Source: Spongospora subterranea f. sp. subterranea
Taxonomy: Eukaryota
NCBI GenBank assembly: GCA_049724395.1
Contig: JAUGWO010000072.1
Location: 1 to 44,394 of the forward strand
Reading direction: 5' to 3'
Length of the DNA: 44,394 nucleotides
Under the pieces are notes generated by a model, which saw only the letters and a program-made list of their open reading frames with translations, made no database searches and was not told the origin of the DNA. Shown piece by piece: positions 12,615 through 25,604 of the stretch; the stretch's first letter is position 1; each line of letters opens with the position of its first letter. The position numbers and the translations under genes were made by a program.

Positions 12615-13134
12615 ATGAACGGCAATGGGGTTCTGTCCGACGAGCAGACAGTCGAGCTTCGTGAGGCCTTCCAGCTCTTCGACACCGATAAGAGCGGGTC
12701 GATTAGTATCGATGAAATCGGTGCTTTATTTAAAAATCTCAGCATGTTCCATTCCAAGGAGCAAATCACCCAAATGTTGGAGAATTTCGACGATAATGGG
12801 GATGGACAGATTGATTTCGAAGAATTCTGCTCGTTAATGGTGAAACCCTTGACCAGAGACATGACATTCGAGGCGGAGCTTCGTGAGGCGTTCAAGGTTT
12901 TTGATAAAGACGGTAATGGGTATATTGATGCGGCTGAGCTGATGAGTGTTCTGACCAACATCGGTGAGATCACGACTGAAGAGGAGATCGCCTCCATGAT
13001 TGCCGACGCCGATCTCAACGGAGATGGCAAGATGGATTGGGACGAATTCGTGGTACGTTCGGTGGTGATTGATATTGGCCACTACTTGACCTGGTCTAAC
13101 TCTGGTTCACTGACAGAAGGTGATGTCGTATTGA
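12615..13134 (+). CDS. Calmodulin-like four-EF-hand protein, 151 aa; exons 12615-13052 and 13117-13134
   Basis: EF loops [36 protein letters not shown] and [13 protein letters not shown] 64-bp intron GTACGT..CTAAC..ACAG gives the ending EFVKVMSY*. Too divergent to call canonical calmodulin. Confidence 0.93.
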
Positions 13135-13817
13135 GGGCCAGTACAGCCCCCTTCTGCGTCTCAACCGCAGTCGGATTGCTAATTGATTCTCTCATCGTTG
13201 CTCTAATTCATTTATACGATTCGAATTCATCGTTGATTCTACTCATAAACATCCCCCTGTGTATTTTCTCTCTCGTCAATCGTTCTTTACACCCTTTCAT
13301 GGAAAGTTCTCCACCGTCCTTCTCCGGATTTTGAAGAACCGAAATCACGTCACTCGAACCGGGAAATGAGCACAAACTGCTGCGTCGCGAAACGGGGAAC
13401 ACGCAAATTGATCATATGCTTGTCGTCAATGACTGTCTTGTATTCTCTGAACCACCTGATCGGGTGATATCATATGATCAGTCATCAGCGAGTTCATGAG
13501 CCCAGAAATTCTGCTGATTCAGTCAATAATCGTTCCTCAACCATCAGCTCGGCCCCGCAAACCATCTTGAATCATGTCCCTCTAAACCGCACCAGATCGT
13601 GTCTATGGCGCTATCTAAAAGTGTGTTCGATCCAACAACGGCCGCCAATGATCCTCGTGGACCGGGCGCGATTCGGGTAATTATGGTTTTTACTGAACAC
13701 AATTAAATTCATTCTCTAACGTTTTAGCGGATTGATCGATCGATCAGGATTGGGGTCAGGTCGTGACGGTCGGCCCCTCGATCCCATCTCTACCAGGACG
13801 GCGGCGGCGGCGGCCAT

Positions 13818-16800
13818 CTATGGCTTCGGGCTGAACCTCCTGATATCGCTGTCCGAGCTGGTCTTGCGTCCGGCGGCGATCGCCGGGCCAGTACGGCCCC
13901 TGAGCAGCTCGATGGACCCCCTGTGCGACTCGGGCAGCGGGTTGTCGGGCGGATTGACCTGGGCGCCGGCGCCAGCGCCGCCCTGGCCGTCGGCGATCGA
14001 ACCCCGGTTTCCGGCGCTGATCGGGAATGTGTGACAGCGACTGGAGTGTGACGCCATCGTGGTGGTGATTTGCGACTGGAGATAGTCGAGGGCGGCCGCT
14101 TTCCCATCACACTTCAGGGTGGTGAAATAGCGGCGCGTTCTGAGGATGATGTTGTGGTAGAGGTGGGCGACGCCCGGGAACAGCCGGGCGATCTCCTTCC
14201 AGAACGGTCTCAGCACGAAATCGATGAACGAGATCTGGAGCTGGGCGCGGTGCTGTTCGTTGTCAAGATCCATCATGAACGAGGCGACCGGAAGACCCAA
14301 CGCCGTTTCGGTCTCGGCCTGTTGACGGAACTCGGCACTGATCCGCTCTTCCCATTTGACGGCGATCGAGGTGTTGTAGCCCTGGGCGGACAGGTCCGAC
14401 GCGTGAACGATCGTCTTCACGAGCATGTTCTGGTCGACGAACGACTCGGGCAACAACAGCCCGATCCGGTCGTCCATCGAGTTGAGACGCCGATTGAACC
14501 CGATGTGCTTCGACATATCGGTGCCCAAGATCGCGTCTACGATCAGATCCTTCAGGGCACGTTTAGACGGCGGATCCAGATGTGCGAACGGGTCGATTGA
14601 CGACTCCTTCAAAACCTACACAGGTCGACAAGAGCTGATTAACCAATTGAAGTTGGTCTTTGTTTAAATCTACGAGTCATTTCTGAAATTTCGTTGAAAT
14701 ACTGTTTCTAAACAGTTTCGGAAACATGAGTGGGCCAAGGCCGTCGAGAAGAATGACAAACGATGTGCGGTCGCGGCGGAATCAAACGGAATCGAAAACA
14801 GGAGGGGCGAGGGTGTTGGGCGATCAACCAACCTTCATGAGACAGGAGGCGTGATAGTTCTCCAGGACGGATTTGCCATTGTATCGATTGGCCAGCTCGG
14901 AGTCGGTATTGATTTCGAACTGGTTCGTGTGTCCGGGGTGGTCGATATCATGGCCCAGCGACGCGATCATCACACCGAATATGCGATCCAGGCCCAACGT
15001 CGACCGAACGTCGTCATGTCGGCTACGATGGGCAAACGCAAATCAGCGTTGGCACAAAATGACAATTGCTCCCAGACTCATCTCGTGAACAAATTCGGAA
15101 AAGGAAAGTCTGAAAATTGGTCAAATTAAACTGATCGAAGACGAAATGTTCGAACAGTGGAATCGATCGGAATATTGGAATATCGATAGAGAGAAGAAGG
15201 GGATTTGTCGTGGAAAACAAAACACAGAATTGGAACGGAGGAGATTGCGGGTGAAAAACGGCGTCGTGATGGCGCTATTCGGTGCATGAGGAATCGGAGT
15301 GCGGGTGCGATTTACAGGATGAAGAGGTAGGTGGTGTGCATAACGGAGAAGGCGTGGCGGAAATTGTGGAAAGGGTGATCGTGATACTGGGAACGAATGG
15401 TCGGGATCAGGTTGGCCAGACACGATTCCCCGATCCGTTCGACCACGTCCAAGTTCCTCATCATCACCAGACACAGCGCGTCCAGCTCGGCGTCGTCGCA
15501 GGCGAACACGTCGATATCGACCGTGTCCAGCTGCTGTAGCGCCGAGATCTCGATTCGGGGGGACCGCAGCGGCGCCGGCGGCGCCGGCGGCACGATCACG
15601 ACCTTCTCGGGGCTCGATCTGGGGCTCTGCAACGGAGTCAGACCGCCATCGAACATCTCCAGGGAACGCGATGCCCGATGCGACAGGATCGATGCCTCGC
15701 AAGTGGAACTGGCCGGTTCCGATTCCGATCTGAAACACGAGAACCAATCGATCAACATTGACGCAATGCGGCTCGACAGCGACAAAGAAATCCCCAGCGT
15801 CGTCAAATAATTGTTGAACAAAAAATTCTGCACAGAGCAGAGTGAACCGTTTTCTAGAACTGCCGGGAAATGTCAAACCAGAAGCGGCGGACGAGGCAAA
15901 ACCAGTGGTCACCGTCGTTGTTGAATTATTGCAACGGCGAATTGAACAAGCTATGTTGTTGAGTGAAAAGAGTGTGGGTGAATGACCGGCCAAGATACGC
16001 CTCCATTAGGGAAAAGGCGCTAATATTGAGTCGGGTGGCGCGACGCGTCATCGACTCGGTGAAATGGGTCAGGAGGAAATCGCTCATCTCCAGACAGCAC
16101 TGATCCAGCAGGTCGGCCTCGTGCTCGCTGAACCCGGCCTCGTGGCCATTGCAGACCGGATCGAACGGTTCATCGTCGTCGACGCGATTGATCGCCACCA
16201 CGATCGCCACGACCTGACACCGCCGCCCCCAATCGATTAGCACTCGCGTTTTGTCGAAAACCGAAACCCACAAAACATAAACCGGGAAAAAAGTGATGGA
16301 GATGCGGTTCTGGCGATGAACCAGCCGACCTGAAGCGATCGATCGAATATCGGCTGGGCGACAATGTGGCGCATCGACGTGTCGGTGAAGGGATCGGCCG
16401 TCGGTTTGTACAGGCGGTGGGTCTGGACGTTGTTGACGGCGACGCTCTTCTTGCCCGATATGATCGTGCCCAGCAGGCCGGCATCGACCTGGTACGTTGG
16501 GCTCAGCGTCAGACCACCCGCGTCCTCGTCCAGCACCAGTGGCGCCAACACGTTGTCATGAACGTCCACCATCAGCGCGAGCATTCGCTCCGCCTTCATC
16601 AGTTGCTGCGACAATCAGATCGCTTCAGCCCAGATGTGGTGATATCACGATATCCAAATCCCTCAAATACGATCCCGAAAGTCATTGACAATTGCTGAAA
16701 TTGTGAAAATCCTGAATGGCTTACAAAATGAACAGAAAACCGAAAATCATCAAAATAATTCGTGAGAGCCGTCAGCCCATATTGGAAAGTGTTCTGGTTT

Positions 16801-17509
16801 TCGGAAAAAAATGGAACAACAGAGATGATAAACTGAAAAAGCGAACGAAATGTGGAATTGGCGATTTTGGGGCGACGACGTGAAACCGACGATGATCGAC
16901 CTGTGTAATCTGAAGGAACCGTTCAAGGGCGATATCGGGACGTGTGGCCCTGGTCTGGGATTGATTGCACTGGCGCCTCAGGTCCAACAGCCCATTCGCC
17001 TTCCGCACGTCGACCTCGATCTGCTGCCGCCGCCTCAGCTGGACGATATCTTCTTTGCACGCCTCGACCAGCGCCTTAACGCACCCGTTCGCCACCTCGT
17101 CCCACCGCTCGTTGCCCATCTCGGCCTCGATCAGCACCACGTGATCGGCGCGCCGCGACGGGCGGCTTTCGATCTCGGCGCTGATCTGCGTGTGGTTCGC
17201 TCCGACATTCACGGTCATCATTGGTCGATCGACGTCGTTCTCGACATCGCGAACCACGATTCGACAGTGCAACGGCGAACAAATCGACTCAATTCCCGAT
17301 TGCAATATCAAATACAGGTCGTTTGGTCGATCGGCCGATTTCAGCGATTGAAGAGCGCAAACCACGATCTGAAGGTACTTGACGTGTTGTTTGAGATCGC
17401 GCGACGATGACAACGACGGCGATTCCGTGAAGGGTGTGGGCGATGGGATGGCGTGAGATGTGGCCGACGATGGGATGGTCCTGAGCCGGGTCCAGAACGT
17501 GTTGAACAT
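13818..17509 (-). CDS. GAF-domain class I 3',5'-cyclic nucleotide phosphodiesterase, ~865 aa; exons 17509-16901, 16605-16330, 16213-16001, 15827-15316, 15022-14833, 14615-13818
   Basis: FHNFRHA, HDIDHPGHTN signature, SVLENYH, GTDMSKH, HASDLS and QISFIDFV. GAF-like segment in exons 2-3. Exon phases join in frame if intron 3 uses a GC donor. Start codon uncertain. Confidence 0.92.
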
Positions 17510-19605
17510 CTGGGGAGGCGGGCGGGGGCTCGGCCTGGCGATTCACAACCTCTCTGAAATTGACCTTGGAGAGGCGCCGTCACAACTCGATCATTTCTCT
17601 TGTGGGGCAGGGCCACCTTTAACGATCCCACCGATCGAATATCAGTACCGCCATCCCTCATCCCGATCCGAGATCCCCCGACACCGCTCGTGGGAATATG
17701 ATCTAGCGCCACCCCAATGGCACAGAACAGATGCTAAAGGCAACGCCGAATGGACGGATTCGGTGTGGGTTTTATCGGCGATCGGTTCTCGACCTCCTGT
17801 TGCGATCAGGATATTGTTCTGGACAGTTGTCCATCACCCAATATATTAAACAAAGTATTGTGATTCTTTCACGTTTTGACATATTTGTGGCAGCTGTGGT
17901 CGCCCTTAAAAGGTCCTTAAAATTGACATCGACACCAAAACATCCATGTTCTGACGGAATTTGGCTGGGCTTTGGCGAAAAACGGGGAAACTCTTAGGTA
18001 CCGACCGTTGTCGGGGACGAATTGAGACAAGGTAGCGCCATAATATTGGGTGAATCTCGGGGCGGACACGTTCGATATCTACAGGCGATCATCACATGAT
18101 CTGGCTCATCTGGGAAATGATTCGACACCGTTTCGGCTGAGTCGATTTCCGATGCGATGAACAGACATGAAAGGGCCAAGGTCAGATTGGATCGCATAAC
18201 CAGTGGATCAGACATATATATCAACACATTGAGCTCATCCGAAACCAACCAATTGGTGTCGGATGAAGTAGTGTGATCATATATCGCCAACAACGCTGTT
18301 TCATGCGCTCGAACCCGAGCTGGAGATTGATAGGTCCATCTAAGAAAGGTCAGATCAGGGCGATTGACAGCCCAACCTTCACCGATTCCGATTTCTCCCA
18401 AAAAAAATATGTGTCCTGGGCAAATCTGGGTTTATGAAAGTTTTAGAGTCTGTTCCAAAAGATGATAATATGCCGCTTTTAGGAATCAAATCTGATGGTG
18501 AACTGATATATTTGAACCTGACAAGTGAAAAAATAAATGAAAGGGTGATACTGACCAGGACGAGCTGTTCATTTCCATTGACAACACAGAGTTCGACCGT
18601 AGCACCCAGACTGGATTCATTTTTGTTTGGAGTTCGGCTTGGTTGGCACTATAAGGTGCTGAAACCGTGTCGGGGGGGGGGGGGGGGCGTTCGGGTACCT
18701 TTGGCGTTTTCCAGCAGCATTGAACTCAGGTTGTGTTTAAGTCATCGCCAGATACACTCTTCGGTAGCGATTTGATCGCACAGGACCTTAAGAAAAGGTG
18801 GATCCAATTGGAGTTCTCTGATAAGGCGGTTGTTTCAGTGACTACCGAGTAAAACTGATACAATGGAAATAGGTAAACAATAGTTAACCAAACATTGATG
18901 GCGATTTTATCAGAAGGGATTTAGGTCCGATCACGACTTTCGAGCAGCGAATCCGACAGCGGGCAGCATAGATTCGGTGAACTTTGAAGTCGTGTGTCTT
19001 ACCAAATTCAGAGCACAGACGAATTGGTGGCGATCCTCTGGCGTTCAACAAAAATTGCCAATCTGTTCGGTCGGAAGGAATGAGAGTGGGAGAGATCACC
19101 ACTGGACCCTGTTCAAGATCATACACTAAAGTGGCTTTACAGGGGGCGTGGAAGTGGGAAGTGGTCTCGGTGCGAACGGCACGTGATACGACGCGGGCGG
19201 CGGTGGAGGATTTGGCGGGCGGCAGTGGAGGATTTGGCGGGCGGCAATGGGTCTGATCAGTCGGGTATCCATGGTGGCGAGTCTCCAGGTGAAACTCTGG
19301 TCCATCCCGTGGGGCGCCACCGCCTCCCACCTCCCCGATCGCCACGTAATCGGTTGTGGTCGCGCGCTCTATCGCCGTCACCGCCTTCTGCCTGTATCGT
19401 ATTGGCGGCCTTGACGATACACTGATCGCCCGTGGGCCCATCCCAGCTATTACTGTCTTGTAGCGTTGACGGGGTTGGAGTCGCGATCCCCCCCACTCCC
19501 TTCTCCGATAACGGTGACCAGCACGCCCTATACGACTGTGCGAACACACGACAGCGTCCTTGACCGTAACAAAAGTGCCCAAGAGGCCCAGTCAGGGGCA
19601 TTCGT

Positions 19606-19614
19606 TATATATAA
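19606..19614 (+). promoter_or_regulatory. Candidate TATA box of cdc25
   Basis: TATATATAA ~90 bp upstream of the ATG in an otherwise GC-rich context. Confidence 0.4.
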
Positions 19615-19701
19615 CCCCCTTCTATCGCCGGAATAAGATCACCTATAGCGTACCCCAGCCCCACCCTCATACCAATATCCGGTAACGGTTATCTGCCCAA
19701 C

Positions 19702-20502
19702 ATGATGTTCTCTTCGCCCGTTTTCCAGGCCGGATCAAAGTCGCTCATCGCCAAAGTCGGCAAGACATCGCCCGACCCAACCCCGAAGAAGCTCACATTT
19801 CGCCAAAGGAAACCGGGCAGTCCCCCGATCAGGAAGATCCAGAACCTGTGCATATCATCGCCGGCATCGGAAGTGTTCCTAACTCCATCACCCGACGCGC
19901 TATCCTCCAAGCTGCTGCTACCGATCCTGCCCACCTCCAAGACGACCCCGTTCATATCCTGCGACACTGTCGCTGCACTTCTCGCTGGCAAGTATCGCCA
20001 CACCATATCCGAGTACCTCATCCTGGATTGCCGATACGCGTACGAGCACGAAGGCGGTCGCATACCTGATGCCGTTCCGGTCAATCGTCACGATGCTCTG
20101 GCCCGGCTATATTCGTCACTATCGCTGTCGCCAAACCCCAATCTCGTCATCATATTTCATTGTGAATTCAGCCAAAATCGTGCCCCGCAGACGTTCCACG
20201 CTTTCCGAACATTGGACAGGGAATCGAACAACTATCCGGCGCTATCGTTCCCGCAGATGTTCATCATGGAGGGCGGGTATTGCTCGTTCTTCGAGAAACA
20301 CAGCGTCCTATGCCGGCCGAATAGCTATGTCACCATGTTCGACCCCACCCTGAAAAAGCTGTGGCGAAAAGAGATCATCGAGTGCAGGAAATCGTGGTCC
20401 AAGAAGAAACCGGATTCTGTTCCCGTTCGCGATTCGTCATCGTTCAAAAGGTTCACATTCTCATCTCCTATCGCGTGTTCTCCACCCATCACCGTTGATT
20501 AG
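19702..20502 (+). CDS. CDC25: Cdc25-type M-phase inducer phosphatase (rhodanese fold), 266 aa, intronless
   Basis: ILDCRYAYEHEGGRI, active-site FHCEFSQNRAP (CX5R), YPALSFPQMFIMEGGY, C.PNSYVTM. The N-terminus is rich in SP/TP sites. Confidence 0.93.
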   Translation: MMFSSPVFQAGSKSLIAKVGKTSPDPTPKKLTFRQRKPGSPPIRKIQNLCISSPASEVFLTPSPDALSSKLLLPILPTSKTTPFISCDTVAALLAGKYRHTISEYLILDCRYAYEHEGGRIPDAVPVNRHDALARLYSSLSLSPNPNLVIIFHCEFSQNRAPQTFHAFRTLDRESNNYPALSFPQMFIMEGGYCSFFEKHSVLCRPNSYVTMFDPTLKKLWRKEIIECRKSWSKKKPDSVPVRDSSSFKRFTFSSPIACSPPITVD

Positions 20503-22639
20503 AACACCAATATCCTCATATCCTATCCATTTATAATCTTATTGCGCTTAATTGAGCTTGCTAAATTTATCCTTAAACCCATGTCTAATATGTCATCGGA
20601 TCGTAGTCTGTTAGATGATGATTCACATTGGATCGCTCTTGCATTTAGTCGAAAGTGATCAGTTTCATTCCTTGAAATTCTCCCATCCAATTTCAATGAT
20701 GATTATACACGGTGTTCGAATGGGGTGATAGGTTAAGCGGTTAGGTTGCCAAAAATCAGGGACGGATGAAGAAGCTTCAAGAGTGAATCGGCAATTCGAA
20801 GAACGAAATTGAAGTTGGCGATTTTGAAGAAACGGAGGTTGGAGGAAGAGACGTTATTTTCAAAGGGAATAAATCATTTCTGAATTGGCCTGGCGTCTTG
20901 AAAGCACGAACTATGGCACCGTTCATGAATAGCAACATGGCCTGAAGTAGATGGCCGTTCATCTTTACCACTTGCCCAAGTTGAATCTCAATCTCCCTTG
21001 ATGTGTTGTTTGATTCTCCATTACACAGTTCCGTCATCGCATGTCCTCTTGAACATAACCGTCAAATCCGCGTCACCGCCCTTACATTCTGCCTTGTTGG
21101 TCTTTCCACCAACCTCGCAACACCATTCCCAGGTTCAGCGATACGTGTCGTGTCAAAACCGCTAGATACATCAATGAGCCGACAGTTTCGCGAGTACAGG
21201 ATCGACTCCATTTCATTATGCATAGTCCATCGACGGAACCTATATCGGCCAGGACGGCGTGCTTGACGTAATTTCAAAGGGAACACGCGATTACGGAATT
21301 GCAGATCGAGGTTCAAAGAAAATCCAGGGCATTGTGGTTCACCTTGTTTAAGTAATAAAGTTGATGGGCGATCCACATCAGGCATGTTGATGGTCGGTTG
21401 CGATCATTCTTTGGAAGCAACAATGCGTTGCATAAATTTTTTCGGAAGCAGAGTAGATCACAGCTTTGGGTACTCTGCGTTGATTCATAGGCCAATCAAC
21501 CATCACGTGATGGTTGACAAGTTTCATTCAACACCGTCCCAAAACTAACGATATCAATTACTTACAATCTGACTGTTGGGATTTGCTCCGGGCGCACCGC
21601 CTGGGATTATTGAAATCACATAAGAATAGCAACAACGAGGAATATAATTCGTGTGCAGAGCGGCGTTGCCGATGCGGGTGATTTCTGGCTGGCGCTACAG
21701 TACGTACCTTCTGACTGACAACATGGGTCGGGTTTCATTGTTTGCCCGGGCTCAGTTGACGTAACTCAATGGGTAACCGGTCGTTGACCTGCTCAATCTG
21801 CTACACCGCACAGATCGTCGACCAACGTCCAGGTTTTCGGAGCAGCGGAATAGACGCAGTTGAAAGTCAGTTCCCGGAAGCGTTATCTGCTCTGGAGCTC
21901 GTCCACAACCTGTTCTGTTCTCAGAACAATTCAGTTCTCTCGTGTATAAAACCTCTGTTGTCAGGCAAAACAACAGTATATACGCGTTTTCATTGAATCA
22001 ATTTGCTCCGTCAGTCCCTTTCGTTGAACGAATGTCAACCAGAAACTAATCCCGTATCCGTATGGTTTAACTGAGTTTGGAAAATTCGTTGGAGCTAAAC
22101 TTCTCATTCTGCAACAAAAGGGGATCTTGACCGCACGCGTGTTCCTGAGCTGTTCTTGGGCATGTCCGTCTGGAGAATTCTACATTTTGAGCGTTGCTTC
22201 CTACAGTGGCATCCACAACAGGTGCGGTTCTGCTCGTGATGATGTGGGAAACATAAATTTTATCCAAAGAATTGTCCAAATGACAGGAAACGCTCAGACA
22301 AAATGCAAGCGGTTGTCAGATAATCATCTGACTTTTCGTACCAAAACCCGTACCATGCTGTTCGTGACGACCAAAAGAGCACACACACACCGTGGCGGCG
22401 TCCGTGGTCGTCCTCTTGTTACCAATCGAAACATAAGTGCCAGCGCGTATATATGATTCGAATGTCGAATATAGGCAGGACTTTGGTTGCGAAAGGGAGT
22501 ATAGATTTTTCCCATGAATCTACAGTACCGGCTATCGATGCACAATACCATTCTAAAGAGAGATGCCGACCAGGAAGTCGTTTTCGACTGTCGAGCTCCA
22601 AACGATGGATAATCGAGGGGACTTGACACGGGGTCCAAT

Positions 22640-23130
22640 TGAGGCAATTGTCACGCTGGGCCGCAAAGAGAGACCATTTACCCGGCGATCAATCCCAAAG
22701 CAAAGTCGGTATGCCCTGGCCGACGGTCTGTTTTGAAAGACTTGGAAGAGAATATTCTAATGTGGATTTTTGAAAAGCGTGAATGCAGCATAGGTATTGC
22801 TTCAGCAGATTCACGTTCACACTTTGATTTTGGGTCGCAGCTTTATCAGTGCCGATGATAGACGTCTACGTCTCATCCATAGATTCGTCATTCCGTCGCA
22901 AAACAGACCGTGCGAGAGATTGCGCAATTCGTCCCTTTGTCACAGCACATCGGTTTGTTCTTCGTGTTGTGGGACTCACGCTGCACAACAAAATCCAGCG
23001 ATTACATTCGGTGTGGCCAATGATTTCATTGTTGCATTGAGAAGCAAGAACGCTCTTTGACCAATCCATGATCGTGAACATGGACCAAAGTCCAAACCCC
23101 ATCTTCTTTCAATGGAGCCAAGAACAACTG
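22640..23130 (+). mobile_element. pogo/Tigger-type transposase remnant (CENP-B-like HTH and start of DDE domain)
   Basis: QLSRW, PGRRSVLKDLEENILMWIFEKR, GTHAAQ and IVNMDQSP. Frameshifts and stops. Confidence 0.75.
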
Positions 23131-23285
23131 TTATGTTCAATCTTCAAGTTCGTCAACAATGCGGGTTACTGTTGCTGTCGATCTGAAAGCATGGATGGAC
23201 GAAATGGCCTCGATCAAGTGGGTCAATAAAGTATACCGTATATTTTATGAACAAGTTTAATCGGCAACCTTTTGTAAGATATATA

Positions 23286-24850
23286 CTCCCTCCCTCTGTC
23301 CGTAAATGATTGATAATGCGGCATATGAAAGGATTAAGGCCGAAAACGAAAACCATTACTAAGTAAATGTGAAATATGTTTATTAACATGTAGAACTATT
23401 CACTGTGATAATTCTGGAAATTCATCTTTAATGACGAAGGTGTATCACACGATCGAAAAGTAGTATTTTGGAAATCATCTCGAAATCACCCGCCAGAAGG
23501 TCATTTCCAGAGATTTCAATAGGCCAGTCGGATGCCAGGTGGTAAATCCTTTAGAACGCAGCAAGGTTGAACGGAAACGGAGCAATAGAAGTGATAAGCA
23601 ACCCAAGTGAATACAAGCCTTGAGTTCCTACTAGGCGGGTCATTCCTATGGTGTAGTCCAGTCGTGTCACAATCTGATCGTTATGAATGACCATCTCTAC
23701 GTAAATGTAACTCATGATCATTATTGAAAGTACAGTTCAGATGTTGATTGACATCGCAACAAAAAGAGCTCCCAACTCGTCAAGCGACACCAGAAATGCG
23801 GTGCTACAGGCGCTGCTTCAGAATTTTGTCGCGGGCAAACTTCAACACGGCGCGATTAAAAACCAACGCAGCAAACTTTGGACTATCTGTGCAGGTGGTT
23901 GCCAGGATATGGAAACAAGCGCAAACGTGCTTCGAATCGGGCAATCTTGCCAATGTCGAATCAAGAATCAAGGGACGTTCCGGTCGTGAGAAGCGCGATA
24001 GAGAAGAATATACGAGAAAAATTAGCTTTGGCACCTGTAAGGCAGCGAGGACCGCTTAGGAGTCTGTCTGCAGCAACTAATATCCAAAAAAGCACGTTAT
24101 TCGACGTTATGCCAGAAGGGACATTGAACCGAGTCAACAGTACCCTCAAGCCGACGTTGACAGAGGATAATCTTCGACAAAGGCTGCGATTCGCATTATC
24201 AATGATTGACGAAAATTCCAACACCTTTCACGCTACGTGTGACACTGTTCATGTGAAGACGATGTTCAATGGCAAATAAGGGATATGGCCATTTGTTCGT
24301 CAAGAGCCAGCCCAGCGGAAATCCAAGAATCGGGACAAGGGACGATGATTACCAAACCTTTACGAAGTCCCGAGACGCGTATATACAAATTCTGAAAAAA
24401 GCAATTCCTGCCATAAAATCAAAATGGCCGAATCAAAGCAAAAGTACAAGAATCGTCCTTGAACAGGACAATGCTCGTCCACATGCTAAATGTGATGACG
24501 AAGCAGTTGTAAAAGCAGGGACATATGAAGAATGGAACATCTCCCTGCGCTGTCAACCCCCTAACAGCCCCAATTTCACGTGCTGGACCAACCTATACAA
24601 TCTTTGCAGCATCAAGAGGCGCCGAAGAATGTTGACGAGCTCATCGAGGCAGTAGAAAATGCATATCATGCCATGTCGAGCGAATCTCCAACTACATATT
24701 CCTGTCTCTGCCACCGGCAAAGGAGTCTTTGGTTTTTCAGGGGGAGAAATATACAAATTGGCCCACATGAGCAAGGCAATATTGCAAGCCTTAGGAGTAT
24801 TGTCTGATACCCTGGTTTGCTGTCAAATGTCAATCAACTTGGCTCAGTGG
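23286..24850 (+). mobile_element. DD39D-type (plant/oomycete-like) mariner remnant with left TIR
   Basis: TA|CTCCCTCC.. Stowaway/mariner-type terminus at 23284-23300. Motifs VARIWK, KGRSGR, LKPTLTEDN..RLRFAL, GIWPF, PAIKSKWP, QDNARPH and QPPNSP. Frameshifts and an internal deletion; right TIR not found. Confidence 0.88.
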
Positions 24851-24861
24851 TTGTTCCGTCC

Positions 24862-25158
24862 CGAGACGTCTTTTTCCAAAGCGTCAAAATCCAACGCTTT
24901 GCGAGTGCTTCGAAAATATTCAAAGACAAGTCACTTTATTTTTGAACGATGGATGAACAAAAATATAAATAATGATGTTAAGTGTGTTTTATTCATCTGT
25001 CTTGCGTGTGTTGAAAGAATATCGTTTACAAAAAACATGCTCGAGCAAGTTTGATACAAATGCTGACTCCATGCAAAAAAAATAGAGTAGTTGGCGATGG
25101 AGTTTTTCCGAAGCACTCACAGTGCTGTTGATGTCGACGCTTGCGAAAAGACGTCTCG
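24862..25158. mobile_element. MITE-like element, ~300 bp, with ~58-bp imperfect terminal inverted repeats
   Basis: CGAGACGTCTTTT..AAGCGTC..GAGTGCTTCG (24862-24920) is the reverse complement of ~25100-25158. AT-rich interior; no clear TSD. Confidence 0.7.
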
Positions 25159-25365
25159 TCATATCATAGTTAACCAGTTTCCGAGAGATCCGAACGCCAG
25201 TATACTGTTGGTCTATGGCCGCTCAAAGGTTTTCAGGTGACCTACCGTAGATGACAATATTATCCATCCACATTTAGGTCCGTAGATGGATGCTAATAAT
25301 GTCACGGCATATACACTTTTTTTATTCGTGCGGTAAAAATGGAAAAAATTTTGTCATAAACAATC

Positions 25366-25533
25366 TGAAAAATTGAGTAATTTTGTCATGCCACCTGGAA
25401 AAATCTCCGTTTTTGCTCATCGCACTTTTTCACGCACTTTGTTGAAACAAAAATCGTTTGAAAAATTGAGTAATTTCGTCATGCCACCTGGAATAATCTC
25501 CGTTTTTGCTCGTCGCACTTTTTCACGCACTTT
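25366..25533 (+). repeat. Two 75-bp direct repeats, period 93 bp
   Basis: TGAAAAATTGAGTAATTT(T/C)GTCATGCCACCTGG...CACGCACTTT at 25366-25440 and 25459-25533. Confidence 0.9.
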
Positions 25534-25604
25534 TGACGGCAAGAAAAATATCGTCGCATTCTGCGGGAACCCACTACCGAATTCATATCTGTCTCTCGAA
25601 CCTC

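Noticed and set aside
13053..13334. Hydrophobic C-terminal extension on the calmodulin-like ORF (239 aa)
   Set aside because: Read-through into a canonical 64-bp intron; splicing gives a normal 151-aa protein.
14070..17849. Long plus-strand ORFs overlapping the PDE gene
   Set aside because: Antisense shadows of GC-rich coding exons, with no motifs of their own.
20600..22330. Possible hAT transposase remnant on the minus strand (GRWST, DFWQPNRLTY)
   Set aside because: Only isolated short motifs amid many stops; not enough to call.
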